Source: a virus
Strand: one strand, 5' to 3'
Virus record (IMG/VR): IMGVR_UViG_3300020041_000036
Location: 1-6,082 of that record
DNA: 6,082 bases
The position numbers and the translations under genes are program-made. Shown one piece after another: positions 4,465-6,082 of the stretch (position 1 is the stretch's first letter; the number at the start of each line of letters is the position of its first letter). Under the pieces are notes generated by a model. The model made no database searches. It was not told the DNA's origin and worked only from the letters and a program-made list of their open reading frames with translations.

Positions 4465-4761
4465 CTATTTTTCTTCAGGATTAGAGGGCGTTGAAGCAGG
4501 CTTGGACTTATCAAGCTGAGAATCAATAAGTTCCTGACCAACCTCGAGACCATCAAACTTATCCATACGAGAGAAGGAATTAGGGTCGAAGTCAATTTCG
4601 GGGTTGAACCTTTCACCCTTATCGAAGTCAGAAGGTTCGGCTGCCACATCCGGACGACCGGGAAGGACGTCAACGGAGCCGGAACCATCAAGAACGGAAA
4701 GAATACGCTGACCGCGAGAAACATATGCGGGGGCATCTTCTAATAACCAATCAAGTGCCAT
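4465..4761 (-). CDS. Hypothetical acidic protein, 98 aa; possible scaffolding-type protein
   Basis: The ATG at 4761 is 12 nt after the capsid stop; TAG at 4465-4467. The protein is rich in D/E (MALDWLLEDAPAYVSRGQRILSVLDGSGSVDVLPGRPDVAAEPSDFDKGERFNPEIDFDPNSFSRMDKFDGLEVGQELIDSQLDKSKPASTPSNPEEK). I recognise no family, and the scaffold role is only a positional and compositional guess. Confidence 0.55.
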   Translation of the reverse strand: MALDWLLEDAPAYVSRGQRILSVLDGSGSVDVLPGRPDVAAEPSDFDKGERFNPEIDFDPNSFSRMDKFDGLEVGQELIDSQLDKSKPASTPSNPEEK

Positions 4762-4773
4762 AAGATTATAGTA

Positions 4774-6082
4774 TTAACGATTAGACAAACGAGTAGCAAA
4801 TGTTTTGTTCACCAAATTCTTCTTCTGAACAGCATAGGACATATTTACAAAGAAATTATCCTCCACCTTAGACGCAAAAGGAGAGTTAACCTGCGACATA
4901 TCGGTAAAAAGCACCGGGTAATAATGAGACACAGGCAGACTGCCAGAACCATCGGAGAGTTTAGCGGATCGCTGTTGTACCCAATAGGAATAAAGGGGAA
5001 TAAAAGTCGAGCCGGAAACCTCTGGAAGAGGATAAGCCTGGAGTTGTCCAAGAACCTCATCATAGGACGCTCGAAACTCGTTAAAACACGGTTCGGAAGC
5101 GGATGTGGCGCTCGCGTTTCCATTGAAAACTATCCGAGCCGAAGGAACATCCTGATAGCCAATATCGTTATAAATAGGGTTGAAATAGTCAGAACCCTGG
5201 TAGTTGAGGTAGTCCGGCTTAACAAAACTCCAGTAATAAACAGGTCGAATACTCAACATGTCAATCATATAGCCAGGTTCGCGGAAGTAGTAAGACTGTC
5301 GACGACCTAACCGATCGTTAAAAGCGATAGCGCCACCCTGCTGTCCCAGAGGGCCAAACAAGCTCGAACCGGCGAGGTTATTTTGTCCAGCCTGATTCAT
5401 AATAACCTGCACATTAACTGTCTGTGATGCGCTAAATAAAAGTTTAGGTCGATCGACATGCTCAATCTTTGAAGCAAAAAATGTCTCCAGCCAATCGCTG
5501 TAACGATTGCCTCCGGCGCCGAGAAGGTCCTTGTATTCTTGAAGACGCGAAGCGATAGCCAATTGAGGAATCGTGCTAACGCCAGACATAGACACGGCGG
5601 CGGATGTACCAGTGGGGAGAAGACGACTAAATCGGTCGGGGTTTGAGGGAACAACCGCCATAGGATGGGCGACCAAAAAATAAGACAAGGCAGAGTTGGC
5701 AGTCGTCGCAGGGGTTGCAGAAATCTGAGACTTAATGCCGTCAGACCCGAGCAAAGTGGAATCCGGGTAAGTGTCATCAACAGGAAAACCGTCTCCGGTG
5801 CTACCCATACTATCTAAATCCGAGCGAATAATCTGAAAGAAAAGATTACCGCGGTTAAACGTATTATTGGTAGAGGTAACGGCCGAGGGATAAAATTGGC
5901 TCTCGAAATACGCATCCAAAAATTCAAGGTTTCCGTAACATTGCGTAAAAAACCTCGAGTCGGACGGATTGTCAGAGTCAAGAGCAAACGAAGATTTAGC
6001 ATAAAGAAGTCTATTCGCCATAGGCCACGCGAAAGAATAGAGACCCCACTGCGAATAACCGTAATAGTTTCGGACGATATCC
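4774..6082 (-). CDS. VP1: Major capsid protein, C-terminal part. The frame is open to the window edge, and Met 6021 in the ORF track is internal.
   Basis: It is the longest ORF in the window, with a TAA stop at 4774-4776. The frame stays open upstream of 6021 (DIVRNYYGYSQWGLYSFAWP-M...) and joins 1-618 through the repeat. The 601-aa size and composition fit a non-Bullavirinae microvirus jelly-roll capsid protein. Confidence 0.9.
   Translation of the reverse strand, partial: DIVRNYYGYSQWGLYSFAWPMANRLLYAKSSFALDSDNPSDSRFFTQCYGNLEFLDAYFESQFYPSAVTSTNNTFNRGNLFFQIIRSDLDSMGSTGDGFPVDDTYPDSTLLGSDGIKSQISATPATTANSALSYFLVAHPMAVVPSNPDRFSRLLPTGTSAAVSMSGVSTIPQLAIASRLQEYKDLLGAGGNRYSDWLETFFASKIEHVDRPKLLFSASQTVNVQVIMNQAGQNNLAGSSLFGPLGQQGGAIAFNDRLGRRQSYYFREPGYMIDMLSIRPVYYWSFVKPDYLNYQGSDYFNPIYNDIGYQDVPSARIVFNGNASATSASEPCFNEFRASYDEVLGQLQAYPLPEVSGSTFIPLYSYWVQQRSAKLSDGSGSLPVSHYYPVLFTDMSQVNSPFASKVEDNFFVNMSYAVQKKNLVNKTFATRLSNR
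5962..6082. repeat. Terminal redundancy, right copy (identical to 1-121)
   Basis: Exact 121-nt match to the start of the window. Confidence 0.97.

Noticed and set aside
4449-6002. Off-frame and antisense ORFs within the 98-aa and capsid genes (4449-4736, 4845-5123, 4924-5310, 5397-5780, 5814-6002)
   Set aside because: They are short, Leu/Arg/Pro/Ser-rich off-frame-type translations fully nested in well-supported genes. Nothing such as an ATG context, a coupling junction or a recognisable motif singles them out.
1-6082. CRISPR arrays, IS elements or transposases, integrase, tRNA or rRNA genes, toxin-antitoxin or defence cassettes
   Set aside because: There is no repeat-spacer periodicity and no terminal inverted repeats apart from the assembly-type direct overlap. 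No ORFs carry recombinase or transposase hallmarks. The 5.96-kb genome is essentially filled by the phage genes listed.

Overview
The window is one complete circular genome of a small ssDNA phage of the family Microviridae. Its gene set is gokushovirus/alpavirus-like rather than phiX174-like, and the sequence was linearised inside the major capsid gene. Bases 1-121 are identical to 5962-6082, so the unique unit is 5961 nt. All credible genes lie on the window's minus strand, which by family precedent is also the mRNA-sense and packaged strand.

Order along the minus strand:
- structured intergenic region 1893-2101, holding a sigma70-like promoter with a palindrome in its spacer
- 66-aa ORF
- replication initiator, with HUH and YxxKY motifs, joined to the 66-aa ORF by an ATGA overlap
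- 601-aa major capsid protein, 3 nt after the Rep stop; it crosses the window junction, and the ORF track shows only its C-terminal 415 aa
- acidic 98-aa ORF
- 134-nt intergenic region with a long imperfect hairpin followed by a T-tract
- 63-aa ORF with a signal peptide and lipobox
- 418-aa VP2/H-like pilot protein, 1 nt after the previous stop
- two ORFan genes of 106 and 107 aa
- a 24-aa polybasic J-like mini-ORF overlapping the end of the 107-aa gene
- a GC-rich terminator hairpin

No gene has a Shine-Dalgarno motif. I found no rRNA, tRNA, CRISPR array, integrase or transposase. The points most worth follow-up are the tiny lipoprotein-like gene as a possible lysis or exclusion function, the J-like mini-ORF, the promoter-embedded palindrome, and the structured intergenic elements. 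All functional calls rest on motifs read by eye; no database search was possible.
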